Of a stretch of DNA of 64,000 nt, positions 26,701 through 39,355 are shown one piece after another. The DNA comes from Nemertoderma westbladi (Eukaryota > Animalia > Xenacoelomorpha), in the NCBI GenBank assembly GCA_032718475.1, contig JAUCBJ010003966.1:25251-89250 (forward strand), read 5' to 3'. How positions within the stretch are numbered: the first letter of the stretch is position 1; each line of letters begins with the position of its first letter. The notes under the pieces were generated by a model. The model ran no database searches and was not told where the DNA came from. It saw only the letters and a list, made by a program, of their open reading frames with translations. A program made the translations under genes and the position numbers.

Positions 26701-29700
26701 ACCTTGATATTGGTCTACAATACATTGAGTAGGAAGTTGATATTAGTCTAAAAGATATTGAGTAGGAAGTTGATATTGGTCTATAAGACTTTGAGTAGGA
26801 AGTTGATATTGGTCTAAAAAAGATCGAGTAGGAAGTTGATATTGGCCTAAAAAACATCGAGTAGGAAGTTGATATTTGTCTAAAAAAGATCGAGTAGGAA
26901 GTTGATATTGGTCTAAAAGACATCGAGTAGGAAGTTGATATTAGTCTAAAAGACTTTGAGTAGGAAGTTGATATTGGTTTAAAAAACATCGAGTAGGAAG
27001 TTGATATTGGTCTAAAAGACATCGAGTAGGAAGTTGATATTAGTCTAAAAGACTTTAAGTAGGAAGTTGATATTGGTTTAAAAAACATCGAGTAGGAAGT
27101 TGATATTGGTCTAAAAGACATCGAGTAGGAAGTTGATATTAGTCTAAAAGACTTTGAGTAGGAAGTTGATATTGGTTTAAAAAACATCGAGTAGGAAGTT
27201 GATATTGGTCTAAAAGACATCGAGTAGGAAGTTGATATTAGTCTAAAAGACTTTAAGTAGGAAGTTGATATTGGTTTAAAAAACATCGAGTAGGAAGTTG
27301 ATATTGGTCTAAAAGACATCGAGTAGGAAGTTGATATTAGTCTAAAAGACTTTGAGTAGGAAGTTGATATTGGATTAAAAAACATCGAGTAGGAAGTTGA
27401 TATTGGTCTAAAAGACATTGAGTAGGAAGTTGATATTGGTCTAAAAACATTGAGTAGGAAGTTGATATTAGTCTAAAAGACATCGAGTAGGAAGTTGATA
27501 TTAGTCTAAAAGACTTTGAGTAGGAAGTTGATATTGGTTTAAAAAACATCGAGTAGGAAGTTGATATTGGTCTAAAAGACATCGAGTAGGAAGTTGATAT
27601 TAGTCTAAAAACATTGAGTAGGAAGTTGATATTAGTCTAAAAGACATCGAGTAGGAAGTTGATATTAGTCTAAAAGACTTTGAGTAGGAAGTTTATATTG
27701 GTTTAAAAAACATCGAGTAGGAAGTTGATATTGGTCTAAAAGACATCGAGTAGGAAGTTGATATTAGTCTAAAAGACTTTAAGTAGGAAGTTGATATTGG
27801 TTTAAAAAACATCGAGTAGGAAGTTGATATTGGTCTAAAAGACATCGAGTAGGAAGTTGATATTAGTCTAAAAGACTTTGAGTAGGAAGTTGATATTGGT
27901 TTAAAAAACATCGAGTAGGAAGTTGATATTGGTCTAAAAGACATTGAGTAGGAAGTTGATATTGGTCTAAAAAACATTGAGTAGGAAGTTGATATTAGTC
28001 TAAAAACATTGAGTAGGAAGTTGATATTGGTCTAAAAAAGATCGAGTAGGAAGTTGATATTGGCCTAAAAAACATCGAGTAGGAAGTTGATATTAGTCTA
28101 AAAGACTTTGAGTAGGTAGTTGATATTGGTCTAAAAACATTGAGTAGGAAGTTGATATTGGTCTAAAAGACATTGAGTAGGAAGTTGATATTGGTCTAAA
28201 AGACATTGAGTAGGAAGTTGATATTAGTCTAAAAGACTTTGAGTAGGAAGTTGATATTGGTTTAAAAAACATCGAGTAGGAAGTTGATATTGGTTTAAAA
28301 AACATCGAGTAGGAAGTTGATATTGGTCTAAAAGACATTGAGTAGGAAGTTGATATTAGTCTAAAAGACATCGAGTAGGAAGTTGATATTAGTCTAAAAG
28401 ACTTTGAGTAGGAAGTCGATATTGGTCTAAAAACATTGAGTAGGAAGTTGATATTAGTCTAAAAGACATCGAGTAGGAAGTTGATATTAGTCTAAAAGAC
28501 TTTGAGTAGGAAGTTGATATTGGTCTAAAAACATTGAGTAGGAAGTTGATATTGGTCTAAAAGACATTGAGTAGGAAGTTGATATTGGTCTAAAAGACAT
28601 TGAGTAGGAAGTTGATATTGGTCTAAAAGACATTGAGTAGGAAGTTGATATTAGTCTAAAAGACTTTGAGTAGGAAGTCGATATTGGTTTAAAAAACATC
28701 GAGTAGGAAGTTGATATTGGTCTAAAAGACATTGAGTAGGAAGTTGATATTGGTCTAAAAGACATTGAGTAGGAAGTTGATATTGGTCTAAAAAACATTG
28801 AGTAGGAAGTTGATATTGGTCTAAAAAACATCGAGTAGGAAGTTGATATTGGTCTGAAAGACATCGAGTAGGAAGTTGATATTAGTCTAAAAGACTTTAA
28901 GTAGGAAGTTGATATTGGTTTAAAAAACATCGAGTAGGAAGTTGATATTGGTCTAAAAGACATCGAGTAGGAAGTTGATATTAGTCTAAAAGACTTTAAG
29001 TAGGAAGTTGATATTGGTTTAAAAAACATCGAGTAGGAAGTTGATATTGGTCTAAAAGACATCGAGTAGGAAGTTGATATTTGTCTAAAAAAGATCGAGT
29101 AGGAAGTTGATATTGGTCTGAAAGACATCGAGTAGGAAGTTGATATTAGTCTAAAAGACTTTAAGTAGGAAGTTGATATTGGTTTAAAAAACATCGAGTA
29201 GGAAGTTGATATTGGTCTAAAAGACATCGAGTAGGAAGTTGATATTAGTCTAAAAGACTTTGAGTAGGAAGTTGATGTTGGTTTAAAAAACATCGAGTAG
29301 GAAGTTGATATTGGTCTAAAAGACTTTGAGTAGGAAGTTGATATTGGTCTAAAAGACATTGAGTTGGACCTTGATATTGGTTTAAAAAACATTGAGTAGG
29401 AAGTTGATATTGGTTTAAAAAACATCGAGTAGGAAGTTGATATTAGTCTAAAAACATTGAGTAGGAAGTTGATATTAGTCTAAAAGACATTGAGTAGGAA
29501 GTTGATATTGGTCTAAAAAAGATCGAGTAGGAAGTTGATATTGGTCTAAAAGACATCGAGTAGGAAGTTGATATTAGTCTAAAAGACTTTGAGTAGGAAG
29601 TTGATATTGGTTTAAAAAACATCGAGTAGGAAGTTGATATTGGTCTAAAAGACATTGAGTAGGAAGTTGATATTAGTCTAAAAACATTGAGTAGGAAGTT

Positions 29701-30354
29701 GATATTAGTCTAAAAGACATTGAGTAGGAAGTTGATATTGGTCTAAAAAAGATCGAGTAGGAAGTTGATATTGGTCTAAAAGACATCGAGTAGGAAGTTG
29801 ATATTAGTCTAAAAGACTTTAAGTAGGAAGTTGATATTGGTTTAAAAAAGATCGAGTAGGAAGTTGATATTGGTCTAAAAGACATTGAGTAGGAAGTTGA
29901 TATTAGTCTAAAAACATTGAGTAGGAAGTTGATATTAGTCTAAAAGACATTGAGTAGGAAGTTGATATTGGTCTAAAAAAGATCGAGTAGGAAGTTGATA
30001 TTGGCCTAAAAAACATCGAGTAGGAAGTTGATATTGGTCTAATAAACATTGAGTAGGAAGTTGATATTGGTCTAAAAGACATTGAGAAGGACCTTGATAT
30101 TGGTCTAAAATACATTGAGTAGGAAGTTGATATTGGTCTAAAAGACATTGAGTAGGAAGTTGATATTGGTCTAAAACAAAATTGATTAGGACATTGATAT
30201 TGGTCTAAATTACATTGAGTAGGAAGTTGATATTGGTCTAAAAGATATTGAGGAGGAAGTTGACGTTGTTCTAAAAGTAATGAGTTAATGGCTACAGCTT
30301 TGTCTGGCAGTTCGACTATAACGCAATATTGATTGGTGTATAATTCCAACCCAC

Positions 30355-30537
30355 CTTGACACCCCTGATCCGAAACTCTTTTAAGGCTCTTTGCATCTTG
30401 GCTGCAGCCGCTTTGTGGTTTTGGGCGCGCGCGATAACTTTACATAGTAGCGAGTCGTAGTACGGACTGATAATAGCGCCGGCGAAGGCACTCGCTGAGT
30501 CCAAGCGGATTCCCATACCCTCGCCACTACGGAATAC
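30355..30537 (-). CDS. PC: PC exon 8
   Basis: [34 protein letters not shown]...[11 protein letters not shown]; CAG acceptor, GTGGGT donor. Confidence 0.94.
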
Positions 30538-30578
30538 CTGAAAAGAGATTCGCATTTAGCTATATAGTAGTAAGCGGG

Positions 30579-31702
30579 ACCTACCTTAATCCTACCAGTG
30601 TCCGGTTGGAACCTACCTCAATCCTAGCAGTGTCCGGTTGGAACCTACCTCAATCCTACCAGTAGTGTCCGGTTGGAACCTACCTCAATCCTAGCAGTGT
30701 CCCGTTGGAACCTACCTTAATCCAACCAGCGTCCGGTTGGAACCTACCTCAATCCAACCAGTGTCCGGTTGGAACCTACCTCAATCCTAGCAATGTCCGG
30801 TTGGAACCTACCTCAATCCAACCAGTGTCCGGTTGGAACCTACCTCAATCCTAGCAGTGTCCGGTTGGAACCTACCTCAATCCTACCAGTGTCCGGTTGG
30901 AACCTACCTCAATCCTACCAGTAGTGTCCGATTGGAACCTACCTCAATCCTACCATTGTCCGGTTGGAACCTACCTCAATCCTACCAGTGTCCGGTTGGA
31001 ACCTATCTCAATCCAACCAGTGTCCGGTTGGAACCTACCTCAATCCTAGCAGTGTCCGGTTAGAACCTACCTCAATCCTACCAGTGTCCGGTTGGAACCT
31101 ACCTCAATCCTAGCAGGTGTCCGGTTGGAACCTACCTCAATCCTACCAGTAGTGTCCGGTTGGAACCTACCTCAATCCTACCAGTGACCGGTTGGAACCT
31201 ACCTCAATCCTACCAGTGTCCGGTTGGAACCTACCTCAATCCTACCATTGTCCGGTTGGAACCTACCTCAATCCTACCAGTGTCCGGTTGGAACCTACCT
31301 CAATCCTACCAGTGACCGGTTGGAACCTACCTCAATCCTACCAGTAGTGTCCGGTTGGAACCTACCTCAATCCTACCAGTGACCGGTTGGAACCTACCTC
31401 AAACCTATAAGTAGTGTCCGGTTGGAACCTACCTCAATCCTACCAGTAGTGTCCGGTTGGAACCTACCTCAAACCTATAAGTAGTGTCCGGTTGGAACCT
31501 ACCTCAATCCTACCAGTAGTGTCCGGTTGGAACCTACCTCAATCCTACCAGTGACCGGTTGGAACCTACCTCAAACCTATAAGTAGTGTCCGGTTGGAAC
31601 CTACCTCAATCCTACCAGTAGTGTCCGGTTGGAACCTACCTCAATCCTCCAAGTAGTGTCCGGTTGGAACCTACCTCAATCCTACCAGTGTCCGGCTGGA
31701 AC
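30579..31702 (-). repeat. 32/35-bp tandem array made of the PC exon-7 donor junction (about 34 copies)
   Basis: Unit TTCCAACCGGACACTGGTAGGATTGAG|GTAGG is the last 27 nt of exon 7 (FQPDTGRIE) plus 5 intronic nt. Confidence 0.96.
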
Positions 31703-31837
31703 TGTTTCGATGCATCTTCCGTTGTCAACCTGCATTGTATAGCGCATCCGGTGACGTGGATATTATCCTGAGTCAATTCCAATTCAGGTAGTGTAGAACC
31801 TTCAGCAACCCGGATCTGAGATTGAACTAAATCAACC
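31675..31837 (-). CDS. PC: PC exon 7
   Basis: [13 protein letters not shown]...[25 protein letters not shown]; TAG acceptor, GTAGGT donor. Confidence 0.93.
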
Positions 31838-33584
31838 CTAAAAGTAAATACATATATTTTTCACACTAAATTAAATCATTCTTTAGCAAGTTGTAAATAA
31901 TTTTAAGTAACAATTTAAGAATATAATAATTAATTATTACTCTTAAATTAGTAATTTTGTGTTTTTTAATTATTTTAGAAAGTAACAGTTTTACCAAAGA
32001 AATTTAACTGCAGTACTTCGCCTAACTGCTTCTGTAGTTACTGCGATTCGAATTATTGTACTTTTCAACACCTTACACAATGTTAAATAATTACATGCTG
32101 TGGATGACATATAACAATAAGTACTATTTATTAAACGGAAAACTAATAGGCATATTTTTCCCAATGACACGGAGATATACATAATTTTATTCCGAAATTA
32201 AATCGGTTAAAAAGAGTGATTTTGTGGAATAAAATTATTTCAAATAGAAAAGCAAATAATAACTGCCAAAAATAAATCCAAAAGTTAATTACTGAATAAA
32301 ATAAAAAGCGAAAATGATTGGAAATGAAAAAATTGAAAAATGTGATCTCCATCGCAAATGGTCGACTTTTTTTCCACTTTTCGATCGATATTTTATTGGA
32401 ATTTTATAAATGAATAATTTGTATTTTTTTTTAATTTATCCTATTAAGTGTTTTATAGCAATTATTTCTATCATATAACCTAAACAGTGTACATATACGA
32501 ATTCCTTTATTGTTTTGGTTGGATTCAGCCCTTCTATAACCTGGATTTTTAGTGGAAATCTGGTATTCTTAACACATGGGGGTAAACTGCAAAGTTAAAT
32601 ATAACAGCAGAACGACTGCATATACTTCACACGGCCCATGTGATTCCATTTAAAATAAATATTTAGGTTATACGATATAACCAATTGTAGTATCGACAAG
32701 ATACTAGGATATACAAGACAAGGATATATTCACTAAGTCGTGCCTACGTAATAAACTAGATGTTGGTGTTCCTACAAATAAATCTCACTAATTTTATCGG
32801 CCACTAAAACACAAATAAATTTTACGATTTTTTCCACAAAATTTTGTCACTTATTAGTTAGTAGCCCTTGGATATAGCACAATATAACCAATACTAAGCT
32901 TAAGCATAAGCATAACATTCAATCAGAGATTGTTCAAGTTTTAAGAACACACCTAAATTGGACTTATAGACATTGCACCAATAAATACTATACATAACTA
33001 GCTGGCGGTGCTGGCGCACCGCGAAAGAAGCTCTCTAGCTTCAGCGCGACTGTCCAATTGTCCACGTCTTCGTTCAAGTTTCACACAAAATATTTTCTGA
33101 ACAATATTATACAAATACAGTTTCAAACGGTACTATTACAATTATGATTACTTGTAATATAAATCATTCATATCCAAAGATTAATTTTAATGTGACTTAA
33201 AGCATAAGTCTATTATTACGTAGATGCAGTCCAGTGTCCAGTCAGTACTCCCATTAGTGAGAAATGGAACTGTATGTCAATAAGCAATGAAGATCTTTTA
33301 TATCAATTGTGAATTTTATCCTCAAATGTTCAACTTAATGTCGAAATATAATCGACATTTTTATCATATCTAATTGGTATCATATTTATTGGGTGTTGTA
33401 TGTCTTCCATGTTGCGTTTTCCATCTATATGGAATCATCCTAAGGAATCAAGTCCCCCCCCCCCCCCCCCCCCCCCCCCACTATCATTGACCTTTTTTCG
33501 AATGTTTACTTGCGGGTTATTTCTGGTAAGCGACGTTTAGGGTATCATTTGTCAGACAGACACAATGCTTTGTACGCTGCAATT

Positions 33585-34198
33585 CTGCGTGCAATGTAAA
33601 AAGACCGCAAGTCCCAAAACGTCAATTCGAGTAAAACGCAAATTAGTGTTTGCCTTCAGATTGTTGGTTTAAAATGTCCGTAAATTACTATTTTTTATAA
33701 TCCTACGCAATTGGTGGTGGTAAATTTTTCCACGTGATAATTTTCCACTTTCCATTAATATTCTGACTTCAAGGGTAATTTTTTGTACTTACGGTGTTTT
33801 TGCATTATACAACCTGTATGTAAATACATATTTCAAGAACTGAAGGGACGTGCAATCAGATATTTGAATTTCCCTCGCCCTTTGTTTTATTTCGGTTAAT
33901 TAATACATTTGTATATGCAAATATTTTAGTTTGGTGGTGGGTTCTCATATTATTGAATAATAATAAATTAATCACGTTCAGTGGAAAAAAAATAAAAAAT
34001 TTCAAGACACATATTTAAAAAAAAACATAATGTGCGTTTTCTTATTATCTATGCAATGACAAAACACCGCAGGTCTTGTTGACTTACGGTTTTTTTGCAT
34101 AAATTTAAGTGACTACGGTCTTTTACCTTTTTTGGTAGACCCAGAAAAAGTGAATTTTGGAAAAATGCGACTTACTGTCTTTTTACATTGCACGGCAG
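33585..34198. mobile_element. Non-autonomous TIR element (MITE), Sola1-like
   Basis: Imperfect TIRs CTGC(C)GTGCAATGTAAAAAGAC are flanked by AATT on both sides, with internal copies of an ACTTACGG motif. The family call rests on the 4-bp AWWT TSD only. Confidence 0.65.
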
Positions 34199-35827
34199 AA
34201 TTGGAATTGACACGCCACGCAACTAAAAGAGTTCCTGATTTATTTAGCCCGCATTGCGGACGAGTTTTTACAGTTGCTACAACAGAAAATATCAGTTAAC
34301 TGTTAATGAAAATGACAAGTATTCAAGCCATTTCTTGAAGTTGATGCTGTAGGTGAGAATCATATGAATAACTGTGAAACTATAACGATAAGGAAGCCCA
34401 CCCAGTCTCTAAATCGTCAGTTCGCTTGTGTTTAATAGATAAAATTCAGAAGGAAACACAAACCCCAGTAGAAACACCGCGACGAATTTGACTTGTTCCA
34501 GAAAGATTGTAATAACTACAGTAGTACCGATATAACTAATTAGCCCATTTAAAAAATGTATTTTCTGTAATTTTGAGAAATTGAATGTGTAATGTATGTG
34601 CTTCTATGCACGTTTGTATAATTCGTTTATGTTGATGAGGTTTATATTCGTATAGCCTGCCACAATTTCAAATTTCCCCAATTTTAACAAAAAAATTGCC
34701 CTATTTTTAACAGGGATTTTACTCCGTCTCAAACATTGGAACTTTTTCTCTAGTATACCGTATAACTATACAAAATTTAGTTGAAAATGGTTAAAATCAT
34801 CAAAAGTTATTTACGAATGAATTATTTATTACGGACGGACCGGCGGACGGACAGACAGACCGACGGACATGCAATTTTCATTTGGCCTAATTAACACGAT
34901 CCCGTAAGTAGCAGGCCTAACTAAGAATTGGAAACATTTTGTAAAACAATTTATTAAAACTATTATTAGAAGACCGTCAGGGCTTCTTGCTGTCAAAAAA
35001 ACGTCTGTGTGTTTGTCTGTATGTTTGTGCACATTGATATTGGCTTGGAAGGGTAAGAAGTGCTCTACTTCATGGCCAACTATACAAAGAAATGTATCGA
35101 TTATTTGGGTTATTAATTATTTAAGCGGGTAAAATTAAGCTCTTGCTGTATAAAAATAGCACAGGTCGATTCGCTGTGTTCCATTCTCAAAAAGTTTTTA
35201 TTATATTCGAGTGTTTAATATAAAGATGTATGATTATTTATTGATTGAAATTAAAATAGTGTATAAATATGTAATATTCCTTCACGCAGCCTGAACTTTG
35301 CCTATGGTAGCGAATAGGGAAGGATTTTCTCTGTATCATAGCAACGTTGTATAATTATTTAACTCTAGCTAGCTGGGAAGACAGGTAGCAAGCTGGCCGG
35401 TGTGTCTCAGTAAATCCAATGGTTGGGGTGGGTTGTCTATTGAGAACTCCGAACTGGTCATGGCATTAATTCTGCTTTCTCCAAGGCTGCATGGAGGGTG
35501 GGAGAGGTTTACATATTGATGCGATTGATATTTGATTGGGGATTAGATTATCTTTTAGTTTTTCGGTTTTGTTGTCTTATAAGACGGTCTTCTTATAGCC
35601 AGCTTGCTGGCTTTCTAGTGTACATTTAGATTAAATAATAATACAGCAAATAGGTAAGCTTACACAAATAATCACTTTTGTAAAACAATAATTTATTTCA
35701 TTCATCAGTTAATAAACTGATAAACACACACCTCAGGTTGTAGTGAATATTAGTAATATTCCTTTTAAGTTAGTAATAATATTGATGTCATTGACCGCAT
35801 ACCCAAACACACACATCTCCCTCCTCC

Positions 35828-37734
35828 TATGGCGTCTGATTTGAGCCAAAATACCTTAGAATTACAAAATGTGTACCTTACATTTTTCATTATTTATTTT
35901 ACATTCAGCTTATATTTATAAGCATCGCTTAAAAGTATGGTATTTTATTGCATTTGAATTTATAACGCTCTGTTTTCACTCTGTTATAACGCTCTGTGAT
36001 ATACACTCTGTTTTCATCACGTTCAAAATTTGCTGGATGAGTTTTTCAGATTTAATAATGCCAGAAGGACGGAGTAATTTGTATACTTCAGAGTGTCGCT
36101 TAATATTAGCCATTTCGCACAGAGCTTTGGTGTTTTCTGCTTGTGCAGCTCGATTCAATGTCCATTTACATACTGCATCTTCATTTGTGGCAAAGTACTT
36201 GATACCACCAGCAACTTTAGTATACACTTTTCTAAGATTTAGTACATCCATATTCCATAATGTATTTTATATTCAATATACAGTATAAACTGTTCGAAAA
36301 ATATAAGCTATTTTTTAACAGTTCCGCATGGCACTACATTTTTATAACATAAGTCACTGTTACCATGGCAACAATGTAGAGTTCTAGAACACAAAATATA
36401 TAATATACACAACTCTAGAACATAAATAATATAAAAAATATAACGTTCTAGAATATATAGCTTGTTATTTTTCAAATTTAAAATAGCTACTATAAAGATA
36501 TACAATTAATATAAAAAAAAAAATGTTGTTCTAGAACAAGATTTTTATATTAAATTAATAGATAATATGTTCTAGAACATTAAACATGGTCCTCCATCCA
36601 AAAATAATAGTCTCGTTAATTTACCGAAGGTATTGCGCTTAATGCCGCCAGAGCCCGTACTATATATTAGTTATAAATAAAACCAAAATGTTATATCACC
36701 ATTTCATTAAGTCAATGTTTCTCTAGAACTTCCAATTTCACCATGTATTTGTCATGAACTAGCAAATACAATGGCCCAATGGGTGAATAATACACCAACA
36801 ACAGCTGCATTGGTAACATACCATTACAAGGCAGAAGAATTACATTCGGTGTTGTAGATGATTGTGGCCAATACTTTATATATTTACTACAATACTATTA
36901 TATTTAAGTTTGAAAATGTCTCATCTTCTGAAATTTGTTGGCACCTCCGTATTAGGTTCTCAATTTCCGAGATGAAATTTTCGGATGCCATACCTACTGC
37001 AGTGTAACTACTGTATACTGTTAACCGTACTGTCCGTACCGTGTACCCTACATATCAGAAATTCGATTTTGCTGATCGAATACTGGGATACAACAATTGC
37101 TCAACAGCGCCTTCTTGTGATCTATTTACTAATTGCAGCTATTGTCAACAACGCATTTGATTGGATAAAACACTGTAAAAACATAGCTTACTTTAAACTA
37201 TGTTTCAATGACACTGCAAAAACATAGCTTACTTTAAACTATGTTTAAACGACACTGTAAAAACATCGCTTACTTTAAACTATATTTAAACGACACTGTA
37301 AAAACATCGCTTACTTTAAACTATATTACTGCATAAACAAACACATACTTCATTTTAAGCAATGTTGGAACAGAACTGCAATTAAATACCTTATTTAAAG
37401 CGATTTATTACAGTCAACTACATAAACATAGCTTACTTTTAAGCGATGTTTTAACAGAACTTGTAAAAAATATCTTAATTTTAAGCGATTTAATAAAGTC
37501 AACTACAAATACATAGGTTACTTTTAAGCGATGTTTTCACAGAACTTGTAAAAAATACCTTACTTTTAAGCGATTTATTAAAGTCAACTACATAAACATA
37601 GCTTACTTTTAAGCGATGTATAAATTAAAATGCAATAAAATACCATACTTTTAAGCGATGCTTATAAATATAAGCTAATGAGTAAGGTACACATTTGTAA
37701 TTCTAAGGTATTTTGGCTCAAATCAGACGCCATA
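35828..37734. mobile_element. Non-autonomous TIR DNA transposon, IS3EU-like (1.9 kb)
   Basis: Near-perfect TIRs of about 52 bp (TATGGCGTCTGATTTGAGCCAAAATACCTTAGAATTACAAA...) with the 6-bp direct repeat TCCTCC at 35822-35827 and 37735-37740. Confidence 0.78.
37165..37670. repeat. Degenerate subterminal tandem repeats of about 41-42 bp inside the IS3EU-like element
   Basis: Repeated CACTGTAAAAACATAGCTTACTTTAAACTA and CTTACTTTTAAGCGAT motifs. Confidence 0.75.
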
Positions 37735-38291
37735 TCCTCCTACATTGAGTATGAGTGGATGGATAGGGAATGAATGAACTGCTACCAACAGCCTGCCTAT
37801 CAAGGCTGATTAAAGGCTGCTTGGGAAGGCCTAAAGATGATGTTGTAGCTCTAGCCAATCAGGGAGCTAAATGCCAGTTTTTTTTTCTTTCTTCATGTCC
37901 AACAAAAATCTGCTGATAAATTGAGACAGGAAAGAAGCTAAGAGCTTCTTAACTATTATTATTGCTTGTGAGAGTTATAGCTCTGCCATATGGTAGAAAC
38001 GTTTCCATTGGTTGCATATAAAAACCAATCAGTAAGTAGTCAGATTATACCAGTGGTAACTTTATGCATCATGGGAATAACCCATATGTAAATCATTGCA
38101 CAGACAAATAACCATTACAACATCAGTATATCCAATACATTTTAGAGTTTCTGCTCTGTGGTTATTCAAAATTATTAACGTCTACTACAGTCGTCTATTA
38201 TTTATTATAAAACTGTCTATCATCAGTGATCGTGCTGCAGTCTTAAGTTACTGTAAAACACGTTAGACCATATTATGCAAAGCCAGTTGTT

Positions 38292-38690
38292 ATGGCAACC
38301 AACGATTATTGGCTGGTGTTACGATTAACCATGGGATTTTTATACATTTCAATAGGACTTACTAAACTGTGGCCGGAGAATATGAGTCCTGACCTGCACC
38401 AGTTTATGCTGGCCAAGTTCGTAAAGTTCGCTCCCCATTCTCCTACAGCAGTAGTCGGACTCTACAAACCCACAGCCTATGAGTTTATGATCGCTACCGG
38501 TGTATTTAATGTGGTTGTAGGAGTCGCATTACTAATAGGGTCTCCTATAATTAGACTCATTTCCATGGTGTCTCTGTTACCATTGATGGTGTCTGCAGTG
38601 CCAATGAACTTGTATTACGAAGAACCAGCTCGTCCTGCAGTTATATGTTTATTGCTAATAGTTATAATGTTGTGGAAAAGAAAATATTAG
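38292..38690 (+). CDS. Intronless small multi-pass membrane protein, TMEM35/NACHO-like (DoxX-like); nested antisense in PC intron 6
   Basis: 132 aa with about four hydrophobic segments. The pattern G-xx-K-L-x-P...M...F...P...G...G and the basic C-terminus resemble TMEM35. A clear paralogue lies nearby. Confidence 0.75.
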   Translation: MATNDYWLVLRLTMGFLYISIGLTKLWPENMSPDLHQFMLAKFVKFAPHSPTAVVGLYKPTAYEFMIATGVFNVVVGVALLIGSPIIRLISMVSLLPLMVSAVPMNLYYEEPARPAVICLLLIVIMLWKRKY

Positions 38691-39119
38691 GTATATAATT
38701 TACCGATGTCAAGTATAACTTTCCGCTGTTATATAACTTGGCAGTTTACCACCCCTCCTGTGAAGAATAATAGGTTTTCACGAAACAAACCTTTTCACTT
38801 TGTAGGTTTTTCACGAAACAAAACTTTTCACTTTGTTGTAAACACTTACATGTCATAAATTTTCCTAAAATTCATTGGGCAATCCAACAGTGTAAACGGC
38901 AATTAAATAAATATGCCAGTTTTCGTGCGTGCTGTGGTCCCATACTTGCACCAATCTCCAAAATTTTTCGTGCTGAAATTTTCAAGTTTTTATTGGCCAC
39001 TAAAATAAACTAATTTGCCGTTTTATGGATGCTTATCACGATTATGAAACTCAAATTATGACATTCGAAAAAATATCTGCTTATTTGGAATGTGCTCCCT
39101 GGGACTCGAAAAAACAAGT

Positions 39120-39355
39120 AATGCTCAATGTTTTTTCCTCAATCTTTTTTCACGATGTTTTTTCTCAATTTTTTTCTCAATGTATTTTCTCAATGTTATT
39201 TTCTCAATGTTTTTTATCAATGTTTTTTCTCAATGTATTTTCTCAATGTTATTTTCTCAATGTTTTTTCTCAATGTTTTTTCTCAATGTATTTTCTCAAT
39301 GTTATTTTCTCAATGTTTTTTTTCCTCTCTATGTTTTTCATCTCAATGTTTTCGT
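39120..39355. repeat. T-rich minisatellite of about 14-15 bp
   Basis: Repeated TTTTCTCAATG(T/TA) units. Confidence 0.85.

Larger units (their letters stand above)
22579..30275 (-). repeat. 33-bp tandem array made of the PC exon-9 acceptor junction (about 225 copies)
   Basis: Unit TTTTTTAG|ACYAATATCAACTTCCTACTCAATG is the acceptor plus the first ~25 nt of exon 9 (TNINFLLNV). Confidence 0.96.

Noticed and set aside
33453-33479. Long poly-C tract (also 63446-63470)
   Set aside because: Simple homopolymers with unreliable length in assemblies and no supporting structure.
34760-35030. ACGG/ACAG microsatellite region resembling a Helentron/DINE-type non-autonomous element
   Set aside because: I could not define the termini, subterminal inverted repeats or hairpin, so support is too weak to call.
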